Source: an uncultured cyanobacterium
Lineage (GTDB): Bacteria; Cyanobacteriota; Cyanobacteriia; Cyanobacteriales; Cyanobacteriaceae
Assembly: GCA_963710605.1 (NCBI GenBank)
Contig: CAVQBA010000001.1
Coordinates: 192,001-256,000, forward strand
Length of the DNA: 64,000 nt
Direction of reading: 5' to 3'
In this document: piece by piece, positions 34,264 through 44,307 of the stretch
Numbering within the stretch: position 1 is the first letter of the stretch
How the letters are laid out: each line of letters starts with the position of its first letter
Notes under the pieces: generated by a model
The model's database searches: none
What the model was told of the DNA's origin: nothing
Seen by the model: only the letters and a program-made list of their open reading frames with translations
Position numbers and translations under genes: made by a program

Positions 34264-35031
34264 ATGACGCTTATGAATAATTTGATTTCTTTAGTTACGA
34301 CAGTTTATAACCGAGAAAAATACTTAGCCGAAGCAATCCAGAGTGTGTTAAATTCTGAATATCAAAATTTTGAATATCTAATTTGGGATGATGGTTCGAC
34401 AGATAATAGTTTAAAAATTGCAAAACAGTTTGCTCAACAAGACGATCGAATTAGGGTAATTGCTTCCGAGCATAGAGGTAGGGGATATGCTTTAAAGTTA
34501 GCACTTGAAGAAACGAAGGGAGTTTATTTAGGTCTAATTGATAGTGACGATTTGATTACTAAAACTACTTTGACTGAAACTGAATGTTTGTTATCTTCTG
34601 ATTCTCAGTTGGGAATGGTTTATACAGATTATTTAGTGATCGATATTAACGGTCAAGTTAGAGGATTAGGGAAACGTTGTCAAATACCATATTCTCCACA
34701 AAGGCTACTTGTAGATTTCATGACTTTCCATTTTCGCTTAATACGCCGAGAAGTTTATCAGAAGGTGGGCGGAATTAATCCCGAATTCAGTGCGGCTCAA
34801 GATTACGATTTATGTTTAAAGTTATCAGAAGTGACTAAAATAGAGCATTTATCAAAGCCTTTATATTATTATCGTCATCATTCAGAAAATATTTCTCACC
34901 AACGACAATTGGAGCAGATTCATTTTACCCAAAGAGCAATTAATGAAGCCTTACAGCGACGAAATTTAGCCTCTAAATTAGAATTAACAGTAGAAATTCG
35001 TCCCCGATACATTTTGAAAAAAAGAGTTTGA
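34264..35031 (+). CDS. Glycosyltransferase family 2
   Basis: VYNREKYL.EAI.SVL, DDGSTD, DSDD, QDYDL, YYYRHH. Confidence 0.92.
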   Translation: MTLMNNLISLVTTVYNREKYLAEAIQSVLNSEYQNFEYLIWDDGSTDNSLKIAKQFAQQDDRIRVIASEHRGRGYALKLALEETKGVYLGLIDSDDLITKTTLTETECLLSSDSQLGMVYTDYLVIDINGQVRGLGKRCQIPYSPQRLLVDFMTFHFRLIRREVYQKVGGINPEFSAAQDYDLCLKLSEVTKIEHLSKPLYYYRHHSENISHQRQLEQIHFTQRAINEALQRRNLASKLELTVEIRPRYILKKRV

Positions 35032-35231
35032 ATTTTTATTCTTATTGGGGTGTTAATATTTTTACCGAAAGTAGAAGTTAAAGTACTGTAGTATTAGTTA
35101 AATACTGATTAATACGATCTATTATCATAATAAAATTGGTGTATTACACTTAATGTTTAATTATGAATACGATCTTTTAGGTTTATTTTTTTACTCGATA
35201 CGTACCCGACTATAATCTATAACGATCGTAC

Positions 35232-35456
35232 TTAACCTACTTTTTCTGACAAAACGCTAGGTAAAGGTAGCTTTTCACCTGAGAGTCGATAATCCTCGAT
35301 TAATAATTCTAAAACCTCCATACCACGATTGACAGCCTCAGTATAAGTGTCACCATGAGTACGCCATTGTTGTCCTGGAAAATCAGGTAATCCCACCAAG
35401 TAACAATCATCAATATTAGACCATTGAATTACCATTTTATATTTATGATTAGTCAT
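35232..35456 (-). CDS. hicB: HicB antitoxin
   Basis: YKMVIQWS..D.CY.V.LPDF...THGDTY.EA. Confidence 0.88.
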   Translation of the reverse strand: MTNHKYKMVIQWSNIDDCYLVGLPDFPGQQWRTHGDTYTEAVNRGMEVLELLIEDYRLSGEKLPLPSVLSEKVG

Positions 35457-35661
35457 TTGTTTTTCTCTTTTTTACATCTTTAATTGCTTGAAAAACCTCT
35501 TTCTCTTGATAATCTCTAGCGTCGTTACCGTCTTTGCCTGAGATAGTTATTCGACCTAAATATAAAGGATGAAACCAGTTAGAGTGACTTCCTTTTCCTG
35601 TTCTTTGAGAAAAACCAGCTTTTTTAAGAATTTTTTTTAATTCTCGAATTTTCTTAGGCAT
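35449..35661 (-). CDS. hicA: HicA toxin
   Basis: MPKKIRELK..L.KAGF...GKGSH..W.HP. Confidence 0.9.
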   Translation of the reverse strand: MPKKIRELKKILKKAGFSQRTGKGSHSNWFHPLYLGRITISGKDGNDARDYQEKEVFQAIKDVKKRKTND

Positions 35662-35945
35662 TAGTTAATTAATTTTTCGAGTTTTAATATATCATAAGTT
35701 TTATAATATTTTTTTCTACCCTTACAAAAACCAAATCTCATCTTGACCATCTAACCACTACAAATACAATATTACTTCTTCAATTGTCGCTGTAGCTATC
35801 GCTACTGTTTATAAAATACGCACGATCGTTTTAATTAATCGATCGAGTGAGTCATACTCGTATTGAGTACGATGAGCTAACCCGTCAATAGTAGCGATAA
35901 TATTACCGATAGGAGGGTGTCTGGTATTAATTAATGAGCTTGATG

Positions 35946-36005
35946 GTGCGTTCCAACCAATAAAATTAGCGAGAACGACAGTAATTTTACCGAACGTACC
36001 CTACA
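35946..36005. repeat. REP-like hairpin element (GGTGCGTTC...GAACGTACCCTAC)
   Basis: Ungapped similarity to 37852-37908; GTAG end on the minus strand. Confidence 0.7.
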
Positions 36006-36042
36006 GATTTACTACAGATCAACGATCGCACTTGAGCGTACT

Positions 36043-36504
36043 TTATGTTAACTTAAATTCCTTTTTGAAATCTTTTATAGAGTTTTGAAAATCATTATAG
36101 ATAATTTCTTCTTCATTAAGAAATCTGCAATATTCTGATACAAATATTTTGACTCCATTCCAAATAGAATAGACAAAATCATTTTCTTTTAGTGTCAATA
36201 TTTCTACACTTTCGCTATCTTTCAAGATTAATTTATTTTCTTTTTCTCCAAAATTTTTGACGAAAAAAAGTTTGAAAGATGAATCTGCTCCCACAAAACA
36301 GTATGACTTTTTATTTTTATCTTTTAATAAGATTCTAATTCCATCTAATAGTTCCACGATAGAAATAAATATCATCATTGATTGACTACTATTTAGTTTT
36401 TTAGGAGGATATAATGTCTTTTTAGTCTCTATAATTATAAAACCTTGACTAAAACTATCAATATCAGATAAAGGTTCATTTAACTTGAAAATAAATTTTA
36501 TCAT
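36043..36504 (-). CDS. Putative immunity protein 4
   Basis: Directly follows toxin tip 4; low GC; cytoplasmic-looking. Confidence 0.7.
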   Translation of the reverse strand: MIKFIFKLNEPLSDIDSFSQGFIIIETKKTLYPPKKLNSSQSMMIFISIVELLDGIRILLKDKNKKSYCFVGADSSFKLFFVKNFGEKENKLILKDSESVEILTLKENDFVYSIWNGVKIFVSEYCRFLNEEEIIYNDFQNSIKDFKKEFKLT

Positions 36505-36514
36505 CAGTTTACTT

Positions 36515-37850
36515 TTACTCACTTCTAGGCGGAAATATAGTGACAACTTCTTCAGTTACCGTATCAACAATAACTCTTACTCGTTCTCTTTTGCCATTAA
36601 CTTTAATTCTATCTTCAAAAGTTTGTACGTTTCTTGAAGGATCAGAAATTCTAGTTCCTTCTTTAATAATTTTATTTGCTCCTTCTTGTAATTGATCTCT
36701 TGTCGTTCCAGGTGCGAAAAGATCTGCTGGTCGCTTTTGTTGGATGATCACCCGTAACATGACGAGCATCAATATGTATCCATCCTTTTTTTAAATTTCC
36801 GTCGAGTATTTTGGCTGTACCTCTCCAAGGTGGTTTTACAGAACTGTCAAAATATGGATTAGAAAAATCATCATTAGCAGGACAAGAATTTCCCGTATGA
36901 GTAATTGGTTCAACATTGGATTCAGTAGGAGAAGAAGGAGGATTTGTATCAATATCAGGTTTTGTCGTATGTCCTGTATTGTCAGAAAATTTGTTCTCTT
37001 CACGATCGGGAATACCTTCAGGGTTAGGAAAATGATTATCTGGAAGAGACTTAATGTTATTTCGCTCTCGATCGCGATTTAATTTTTGCTTTTGTTTTTC
37101 TATTTGGTAAATACTATAAAGAGCAAAGCCTGCTGGAAGTATTACATCTTTAATAATGATTGTTCCAAATATCGCTGCTTCGCCGAATGGATCGATCGCA
37201 TTAGTTGCATTATTACCAACATAACGATAAAGATTAGCATCACCACCAGCAAACCCTATGGTATCCTCAGAGATAAACCTTCCTACCGAGCTGTCATAAT
37301 AACGAGAGCGGTAATAATGTTGCCCGGTTTCCTCATCTAACTCCCTGCCCGTGTAACCATTACGGAAATCAATAGATGGATCAGTCTCAGAAGTTACCTC
37401 ACCGAAAGCATCATATGTAATGGAATTAATTACATCACCATTATGATCCAAAACATAACGAACCGAACCTAAATTATCAGCTAAAGCCCAATAAACGCTA
37501 CCATCTGCATTCTCTTGTGCAATTACTTGGTCAACTGTGACACCATGAAGGAATCTTTCCTTTAAATTACCCTCTCCATCAAAAACGAGTGCGATTTCAT
37601 CACTATCTAACACATATCTCTCTTCTAGATCGAGATTACCATCGCCATCGCTATCTACCGATTTAGCAATTCTTCTGTCATAAACATCGTATTGGTATTC
37701 AACAGTAGCCAGAACATTACCACTAACATCTTTAGTTACAACACCTACGAGTCGATTACGATAATCCCACTGATACTCAGTCACCTCACTAGTAGTATGG
37801 TTATTAGCATCCGTAAGCGAAATTAAATTATTGGCACTGTCATAGACAAA
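36515..37850 (-). CDS. rhs: Orphan Rhs cassette 4 (core type B) with predicted RNase-like tip; frameshift near 36735
   Basis: YTGRELD..RSRYYD..GRFISED..DPFG; tip GWIHIDARH continuing in ORF 36515-36772 to VVTIFP; no clear start. Confidence 0.85.
37189..37789. repeat. Rhs core type B direct repeat (partner 39630-40230)
   Basis: Near-identical ~600 bp at offset 2441. Confidence 0.9.
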
Positions 37851-37851
37851 A

Positions 37852-37908
37852 CGTTCCCACCGAAAAAATTAGTATGAACGACAGTACTTTGTAAAGACGC
37901 ACCCTACA
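37852..37908. repeat. REP-like element with truncated left arm, at the cassette 3/4 junction
   Basis: CGTTCCCAC...GAACGACAGTA...ACGCACCCTACA aligns with 35949-36005. Confidence 0.7.
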
Positions 37909-38419
37909 AGAGGGCGATCCCACGATTATTCTGCTCGTATTTCTTTAACAAAGCAATCAGGACCAAATATTTTTCTGTGATTCTTAAAGTATCTAGAAAA
38001 TCTTCTTCATTTAAATATTCAAAATAAATTTCTAAATTATTTTCTAGTTGTATTTTAATCGCAAATTCACTAGGATTATTATCAGAAGCATATTTTGATT
38101 TTAAAAAAAATATTTTTTTGATTATCCTACCAATTCTCGGTTTCCAAAAACTATTTTTTGTAAGATTACGATATTCATAACTATCTCCATATTTCTCCAT
38201 AAGACCTTTTTTAACGCCAATACTCTCAATTTCTAGTAAAGAGTAAAAGTTTAAAATATTACCATCGTCCAACATTATCTCTATCGGTCCGTCAGCAGTT
38301 TGTTCAAAATCATTTCGAACAAAATCATCTTTAAAAAGTTGACGATTTACTTGAATAATTTTACGACCTGAAAGACTTTGAAGAAGATCTAAATTGCAAG
38401 AAGGAATTCCTAAATTCAT
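37904..38419 (-). CDS. Putative immunity protein 3
   Basis: Starts 15 bp after the toxin 3 stop; the C-terminus may be frameshifted. Confidence 0.7.
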   Translation of the reverse strand: MNLGIPSCNLDLLQSLSGRKIIQVNRQLFKDDFVRNDFEQTADGPIEIMLDDGNILNFYSLLEIESIGVKKGLMEKYGDSYEYRNLTKNSFWKPRIGRIIKKIFFLKSKYASDNNPSEFAIKIQLENNLEIYFEYLNEEDFLDTLRITEKYLVLIALLKKYEQNNRGIALL

Positions 38420-38434
38420 AATCTTTAAAAATAA

Positions 38435-41200
38435 CTATTGATTAATAAATGTATCAAATTGACTATCTATAATTCTAACTCCTCTTCTTGTTTCTGGATT
38501 AAAAATATCAACACGTTCTTGTCCATTTCGATTAGTTCCTCTTTGAATTATAGGATTCTCATTTGTGTCTCCTAATACTTCTCTAATAATTTGATTTGCT
38601 GAATCTTGGCTTTTACTAAAATCTTCACCTTGAAAAGCTGAATTTTTTGAAGGACTTCCATCTAATCTTTTTCTTATAGCTTGAAGGGCTCGTGAATCTT
38701 CTGAATTTGGACGTGATGGTCTCATAGAAGAATCAATTATATCATTAATATCGGATATACCAATAGTTCTACTAACAGTTTCATTCATTCTCACATCACA
38801 CATATTATGAACTAAAATAGCTAGTTCAGAAATATAATAAGTGTGATAATTTTCTACCTCAAAATTATAGACAGTTTCCTCGCCCTCACGCCAAGTAACA
38901 GATTCAATAGATAAGACTTTACCATCTTTAGTTAAGAGCTCATCACCTACTTGTAACTCATGAGCTAACTTCCAACCATAGTCTCTTATCCAGAAAGGAT
39001 GGGTTGAAGTACAGGTAATTTTTACCTCATTTACAATAATATCGCCGACTTTATCTACTTGTTTTTGAAATAATTGTTTGACAACAGAAATTTCACCTGA
39101 AAACTGCTCACTTCCAGTGTAAACTCGATCGCCTATTTTAATTTGTTCAATAGGAATAAAACCATATGGAGTAGCAATCAAAGTTCCAGCAACAAAACAC
39201 TCTATTTGACGAGCTAAACCATCTACCGCATCATCGATGTTACCATCAGCACCTTTTATAAAAGAATCTAATTGTTTAAAAAGCGGTTGAACAATTTCTC
39301 CTAAAGCACCACCTAGTCCACCGATTAAACCTTGTTGAAGAACGTTATCAGATAAATTACAACCTGTGAGTGCATTTCGACCAACTTGTAATCCTGCATC
39401 AATACCTCCACTAGCAAGACCATTGACAACAACTCTTTGTAGTAGAGAAGCAAATTTAACCGCCGCTTTAGCTGAAACAACACCACCAAGTGCACCACTT
39501 AAGGCACTCATGGCAACAGACATCCAATCGACTTTAGAAATATCGCCTTTATGTTGAATTAGTTGAATTGTTAAATCGACACCTGCACCAATACCAGCCT
39601 GTACCGCAAAATTAGCAAATTCACCAGTAGGATCGGTTGCATTAATCGAATTATTACCAACATAACGATAAAGATTAACATCGCCACCAGCGAAGCCAAT
39701 CGTATCCTCAGAAATAAACCTTCCTACCGAGCTATCATAATAACGAGAGCGATAATAATGTTGCCCTGTTTCTTCATCTAACTCTCTGCCCGTGTAACCA
39801 AAACGGAAATCAACAGATGGATCAGTCTCAGAAGTTACCTCACCGAAAACATCGTATATAATCTCATTAATTATATTTCCATCATTATCTAAAACATAAC
39901 GAACCGAACCTAGATTATCAGCCAAAGCCCAATAAACGCTACCATCCGCATTCTCTTGTGCAATTATTTGGTCAACTGTGACACCATGAAGGAATCTTTC
40001 TTTTAGATTACCCTCTCCATCAAAAACGAGTGCGATCTCATCACCATCCAATACATATCTCTCTTCTAAATTGGGATTACCATCACCATCGCTATCAACA
40101 GACTTAGCAATTCTTCTGTCGTAAACATCATATTGATACTCAACCGTAGCGAGAACATTACCACTAGCATCCTTAGTTACAACCCCTACCAGTCGATTGC
40201 GATAATCCCACTGATACTCAGTCACCTCACCTGTATCAATATCGGTACGATCGAGACGATTACCTTCATTGTCGTAGGTATAATTGTAAACACCATCAGA
40301 CAATAACTGATTATTATCACCTGTCACATAACCGCCGTTAGTGCGATTACCAGTACCGTCATAACCATAACTTTCATCATCCTGATAATTATAATCAGCA
40401 TTCGTTAATTGATTCGTGTCGTCATAATTATAAACAACAACACCATCAGGACTGGTAAGCTGCTCTATACGGTTAGCCTCATCATAAATCCAATTGTAAT
40501 TAGCTATAGTCCCAGTACTATTGTTATGAACTAAATCAATCAAACGACCAAAATCATCGTAGTCATAATCACTTTCTGCGACTAATTGCGTACCAGCTAG
40601 ATCGGAGAATCGATCGATCTCTTTTAACTGTGAAGCCTTATCATAAGTAAAATCAACCCGTTTATTAGTTACCCCATTACCCGATTGAGTAATACTCACA
40701 ATTCGATTTAATTCGTCTAATGTAAACTCTTCAATACCCGATACAACGCCCTCGATCGTATCAGTAACCGACAACATATTACCGACATTGTCATATTGAT
40801 AATTTAAGACAACATTAGGAACACCAACAGTACCTAAATTATCGATCGAAGTGAGTAAGTTTCTTTCGTCATAGCTGTACCCATAGCTGGAAAAGCTGTC
40901 AGACACGGATAAAAGACGACTACCTTTGTCGTAATCATAAATTATGAGATTTGAACCATCCTCCCATTCTTCTTGAGTAAGACGATTTAAACTATCATAG
41001 CTGTAATTAGTAGTGCGGTTATTTCGATCGGTCATCTCAATCAAATTACCCGCCCCATCGTATTCATAAGTACGAATGAAACCTAATTGGTTGGTATCAG
41101 TTAAAAGTCGATCGACACCATCGTAAGTATAAGTCGTCGTATTATCCTCACTATCAGTAAGACTTAAAAGATTACCAACCTCATCATATACATAGATAGT
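38435..41200 (-). CDS. rhs: Rhs cassette 3 (core type B): YD repeats, Gly/Ala-rich spacer, pretoxin Hint domain and RNase-like tip; 5'-truncated
   Basis: DPTG; CFVAGTLI...HPF...VYNFEVENYHTYY..LVHN; tip RALQ..SAF..GVR; the frame stays open upstream of 41044 with YD repeats but has no ATG. Confidence 0.9.
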   Translation of the reverse strand, partial: TIYVYDEVGNLLSLTDSEDNTTTYTYDGVDRLLTDTNQLGFIRTYEYDGAGNLIEMTDRNNRTTNYSYDSLNRLTQEEWEDGSNLIIYDYDKGSRLLSVSDSFSSYGYSYDERNLLTSIDNLGTVGVPNVVLNYQYDNVGNMLSVTDTIEGVVSGIEEFTLDELNRIVSITQSGNGVTNKRVDFTYDKASQLKEIDRFSDLAGTQLVAESDYDYDDFGRLIDLVHNNSTGTIANYNWIYDEANRIEQLTSPDGVVVYNYDDTNQLTNADYNYQDDESYGYDGTGNRTNGGYVTGDNNQLLSDGVYNYTYDNEGNRLDRTDIDTGEVTEYQWDYRNRLVGVVTKDASGNVLATVEYQYDVYDRRIAKSVDSDGDGNPNLEERYVLDGDEIALVFDGEGNLKERFLHGVTVDQIIAQENADGSVYWALADNLGSVRYVLDNDGNIINEIIYDVFGEVTSETDPSVDFRFGYTGRELDEETGQHYYRSRYYDSSVGRFISEDTIGFAGGDVNLYRYVGNNSINATDPTGEFANFAVQAGIGAGVDLTIQLIQHKGDISKVDWMSVAMSALSGALGGVVSAKAAVKFASLLQRVVVNGLASGGIDAGLQVGRNALTGCNLSDNVLQQGLIGGLGGALGEIVQPLFKQLDSFIKGADGNIDDAVDGLARQIECFVAGTLIATPYGFIPIEQIKIGDRVYTGSEQFSGEISVVKQLFQKQVDKVGDIIVNEVKITCTSTHPFWIRDYGWKLAHELQVGDELLTKDGKVLSIESVTWREGEETVYNFEVENYHTYYISELAILVHNMCDVRMNETVSRTIGISDINDIIDSSMRPSRPNSEDSRALQAIRKRLDGSPSKNSAFQGEDFSKSQDSANQIIREVLGDTNENPIIQRGTNRNGQERVDIFNPETRRGVRIIDSQFDTFINQ

Positions 41201-41214
41201 AAAAATATACTAAT

Positions 41215-42213
41215 TTAATCAGCCAAATTATTAATATGTTCTCTCATTTTCTTTATATCTTTTCTATCCACTTGATTATGATGAATTTCAAAATCTTTCA
41301 ATTTTTTTAACTGATAAATTGAATCAGGGATATTTTTTATTTGATTATGATCGAGCCATAAACATCGAAGATTTATGTTTTTAGCAAAATTAGCAAATAC
41401 ATTCTTTATTTGATTATGACTTAATTGTAATATTTCTAAATTACTTAGCTCTAAAAATATATTATTAATTTGGGTTATTTGATTATTACATAAATTTAAC
41501 TTTTTAAGTTTTTTTAATTTGGATATATGATTGGGTATTTCGCTAATCTGATTCTCATATGAATAGAAAGACTCAAGAAGATTTAAAGAAAAAACTATTT
41601 CAGGTATTTGAGTAAATAAATTACGACTTAAATTAAAGTATATTATTTGATTATCATATTTAGATTTTTTTAATTCAATATCCCTTATTTTATTACCATC
41701 TAAATTTAGAGAGTTTAATTTATTAAGGTTAAAAAGATAAAAAGGTACATTGACTATTTCATTGTAACTAAAATCTAAGATTTCTATTTGTGATAAATTT
41801 GTTATTGAATTAGGAATAAATTCGATATAATTTCCCCCTAATTTCAAAGATGTTAAATTAGTAATTTCAGTGAGACATTTAGAAAAACAATTAATTTTGT
41901 TTGAAAATAAATTTAAATCAAATAAATTTTCTAGCATAGATATAGAATCTGCTATTTTCTCAATTTGATTTCGTTCCAAAATTAGTTGTTGTAGATTAGT
42001 TAATTTATAAATATTTTCAGGAATTTCTGTAATATTATTATTAGTTAAATCTAAATATTCTAAATGTTTTAATTCAAAAACTTCATCAGGAATGTAACTT
42101 AACTTTTCATCATCACCATACCAGTTCTCACGAGAGAAATCTAAAACATCAGATTTTTCTTGTTGGCATTGTTTTAATTTTTCTTGAAAAGAATCAGGTA
42201 TCTTATTCATCAT
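41215..42213 (-). CDS. Leucine-rich-repeat protein, putative immunity protein 2
   Basis: About 12 LxxLxLxxNxIxxIP repeats, directly after toxin tip 2. Confidence 0.85.
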   Translation of the reverse strand: MMNKIPDSFQEKLKQCQQEKSDVLDFSRENWYGDDEKLSYIPDEVFELKHLEYLDLTNNNITEIPENIYKLTNLQQLILERNQIEKIADSISMLENLFDLNLFSNKINCFSKCLTEITNLTSLKLGGNYIEFIPNSITNLSQIEILDFSYNEIVNVPFYLFNLNKLNSLNLDGNKIRDIELKKSKYDNQIIYFNLSRNLFTQIPEIVFSLNLLESFYSYENQISEIPNHISKLKKLKKLNLCNNQITQINNIFLELSNLEILQLSHNQIKNVFANFAKNINLRCLWLDHNQIKNIPDSIYQLKKLKDFEIHHNQVDRKDIKKMREHINNLAD

Positions 42214-42250
42214 GGAAATATTTTGAGAGAATTAATTTAATTGATAACTA

Positions 42251-43834
42251 TTAAAAAATAGGATTTCTAAAAGGATTTAACCATCTAGGAATTGGAGAGA
42301 TAGGAATTGGAGGGATAGTAGGAATGTCAAATGTAGGATTTGGTTGTGGTAGTGGTGGTAGTGGTGGTAGTGGTTGTTGTTGCGGACTAATCATTGGTAC
42401 CGCAGGTATTGCGATGCAAAAATTATTAAATTCGTCTGAGTCTTTCCAACGAAATTTTAGTTCGGTGACATTTTTATATCCTCTCGTATGATGTCTATAT
42501 TCTATTCTTCTGTTAAGTTTTGTTGGCTGTAAATCAATCGTTGGTAGAGGACCTGATTTTCCAACAGATATCAAACTGGCTTGTCCACCTTCTCTTTCTC
42601 CTTGTCTTAGACTTGCGAAACTACCATTAACTTTTAATTTATAAGTTAAACTCCAAGCTGAAACAGGGAAATTTGGATTATTACGATCTGTTGTTAATCG
42701 ATTAGTGGCTATATTTTCTCGTGTTGTTATGCTTTTAAAAGCAATTAAAGCTCTGCTATATGCCTGTGCATAATTTTTATATACCGTTTTACTTTGATAG
42801 CCACTTGGTATTTTGCCTATAGTATTAGGAGAAGGTTCAAAAGTATTTAAAAGTGTTGTTAACTCTGCTGATGCTAACCCAAAAGGATCGATCGCATTAA
42901 CGGGATTGTTATCAACATACCCATATAAATTATAAGTCCCACTATCAAAAGAAATAGGATCGACACTGATAAACCTGCCAGTCTTACCATTATAATATCT
43001 GGCTCTGTAATAGTATAAATCTATCTCCTCATCCCATTCACGTCCAGTAAAGCGATAACGACTATCAACAGACGCATCAGTTTCCGATACCACATTGCCA
43101 TAAGAATCATAAGTAAGATGATTGACCACATCCCCAGTGTTATCCACTAAATCACGAATCGTACCTAAATGGTCAGTTAAAAGCCAAGTTATATTACCAT
43201 TGCTATCCTCTTGAGCTAAAACTTGGTCAATACCTGCACCATGAAGATAACGCATATCCAACTCCACACCGCTACCATCATCGACAAAATCAAGAATTAC
43301 ATCCTCCCTGTCGTAAACAAAATAAGTCGCAATACCATCAACCACTTTTGATAACCTTTGCCCAAACATATCGTAACTAAACTCAACAGTTTGTGACACA
43401 TTATTACTACTATCAAAGTCAGTTACTGCCACCAAGCGATTGAGATAATCCCATTCAAATAGCCTGACCTCACCTGTAGCAATGGTAGTTTGAGAAATTA
43501 GATTACCCTCATCATCATAATCATAGTTATATACTCCATCAGAGAGTAACTCATTATTAACTCCTGTGTCATAGCCTGTTATAGTACGATTACCATTATC
43601 ATCGTAGGAATAAGTTTCATCATCATTATCAATATCGCTGTGAGTAGCGTTTAATAATTGATTACAATCGTCATAAGTAAAACTAGAAGTACCATCAACA
43701 TCGATAAGACTTAAAAGATTACCAACTGCATCGTAGGTATAAGTCGTTGTGAAATTTTCACTATCAGTTTGAGTTATTAGACGATTAATCTTATCATAGG
43801 AATAAGTGGTAAGATTACCTAGCCCATCAATCAT
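42251..43834 (-). CDS. rhs: Orphan Rhs cassette 2 (core type A) with an unknown/BECR-like tip and Pro-rich tail
   Basis: FTGREWD..RARYY..GRFISVDP..DPFG; tip with SGPLPTIDL..ELKF and PLPPLPPLP. Confidence 0.88.
   Translation of the reverse strand: MIDGLGNLTTYSYDKINRLITQTDSENFTTTYTYDAVGNLLSLIDVDGTSSFTYDDCNQLLNATHSDIDNDDETYSYDDNGNRTITGYDTGVNNELLSDGVYNYDYDDEGNLISQTTIATGEVRLFEWDYLNRLVAVTDFDSSNNVSQTVEFSYDMFGQRLSKVVDGIATYFVYDREDVILDFVDDGSGVELDMRYLHGAGIDQVLAQEDSNGNITWLLTDHLGTIRDLVDNTGDVVNHLTYDSYGNVVSETDASVDSRYRFTGREWDEEIDLYYYRARYYNGKTGRFISVDPISFDSGTYNLYGYVDNNPVNAIDPFGLASAELTTLLNTFEPSPNTIGKIPSGYQSKTVYKNYAQAYSRALIAFKSITTRENIATNRLTTDRNNPNFPVSAWSLTYKLKVNGSFASLRQGEREGGQASLISVGKSGPLPTIDLQPTKLNRRIEYRHHTRGYKNVTELKFRWKDSDEFNNFCIAIPAVPMISPQQQPLPPLPPLPQPNPTFDIPTIPPIPISPIPRWLNPFRNPIF
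42885..43707. repeat. Rhs core type A direct repeat (partner 44834-45656)
   Basis: Near-identical ~820 bp at offset 1949. Confidence 0.9.
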
Positions 43835-43881
43835 TGTAATAATCTTACCGATTACACCTAACTATAAAAGAGACAATCATA

Positions 43882-44256
43882 TTAAAGACATGTAAGATAG
43901 TATTGAGCTCTAATAGTAGATAAAGTATCATTTTCATCTACAGTCCAATGGATTATCCAATCATCTCTACATATAAAGCCTGATATAGAAAAAGATGCTA
44001 CTTTTTCAGAAGTTACATTTGACGTGTCAAGAGAAAATCCTTGTTTAGATAAACTTTCAACTATTACAGTATTATTTATTCCTATTGGAAATGCATCATT
44101 GACCCTTTCTTTAAATTCTGTTTGAGCTACTAAATAATTTGAAGGAAGATTACGTGCCATTGAAGGAGTTTTTTGATAATTCCATAACCTGATTACAATT
44201 ATCAGAATAATAAATCCAAATATAATCATTAAAAATATTTTGATATGTTTTATCAT
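43882..44256 (-). CDS. Putative membrane-anchored/periplasmic immunity protein 1
   Basis: N-terminal TM, two Cys in the C-terminal half; follows toxin tip 1. Confidence 0.7.
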   Translation of the reverse strand: MIKHIKIFLMIIFGFIILIIVIRLWNYQKTPSMARNLPSNYLVAQTEFKERVNDAFPIGINNTVIVESLSKQGFSLDTSNVTSEKVASFSISGFICRDDWIIHWTVDENDTLSTIRAQYYLTCL

Positions 44257-44307
44257 TTTTTATATTTTTGTAAATTTTGAAGTAGTTTATAAAGAGTAGA
44301 TTTGAGT

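Noticed and set aside
35700-35940. Possible further gene remnant between hicA and immunity 4
   Set aside because: The frames I translated were interrupted by stops and showed no recognisable motif
38800-39200. Hint domain as a mobile intein
   Set aside because: No homing endonuclease, +1 residue is Met, and the context is pretoxin
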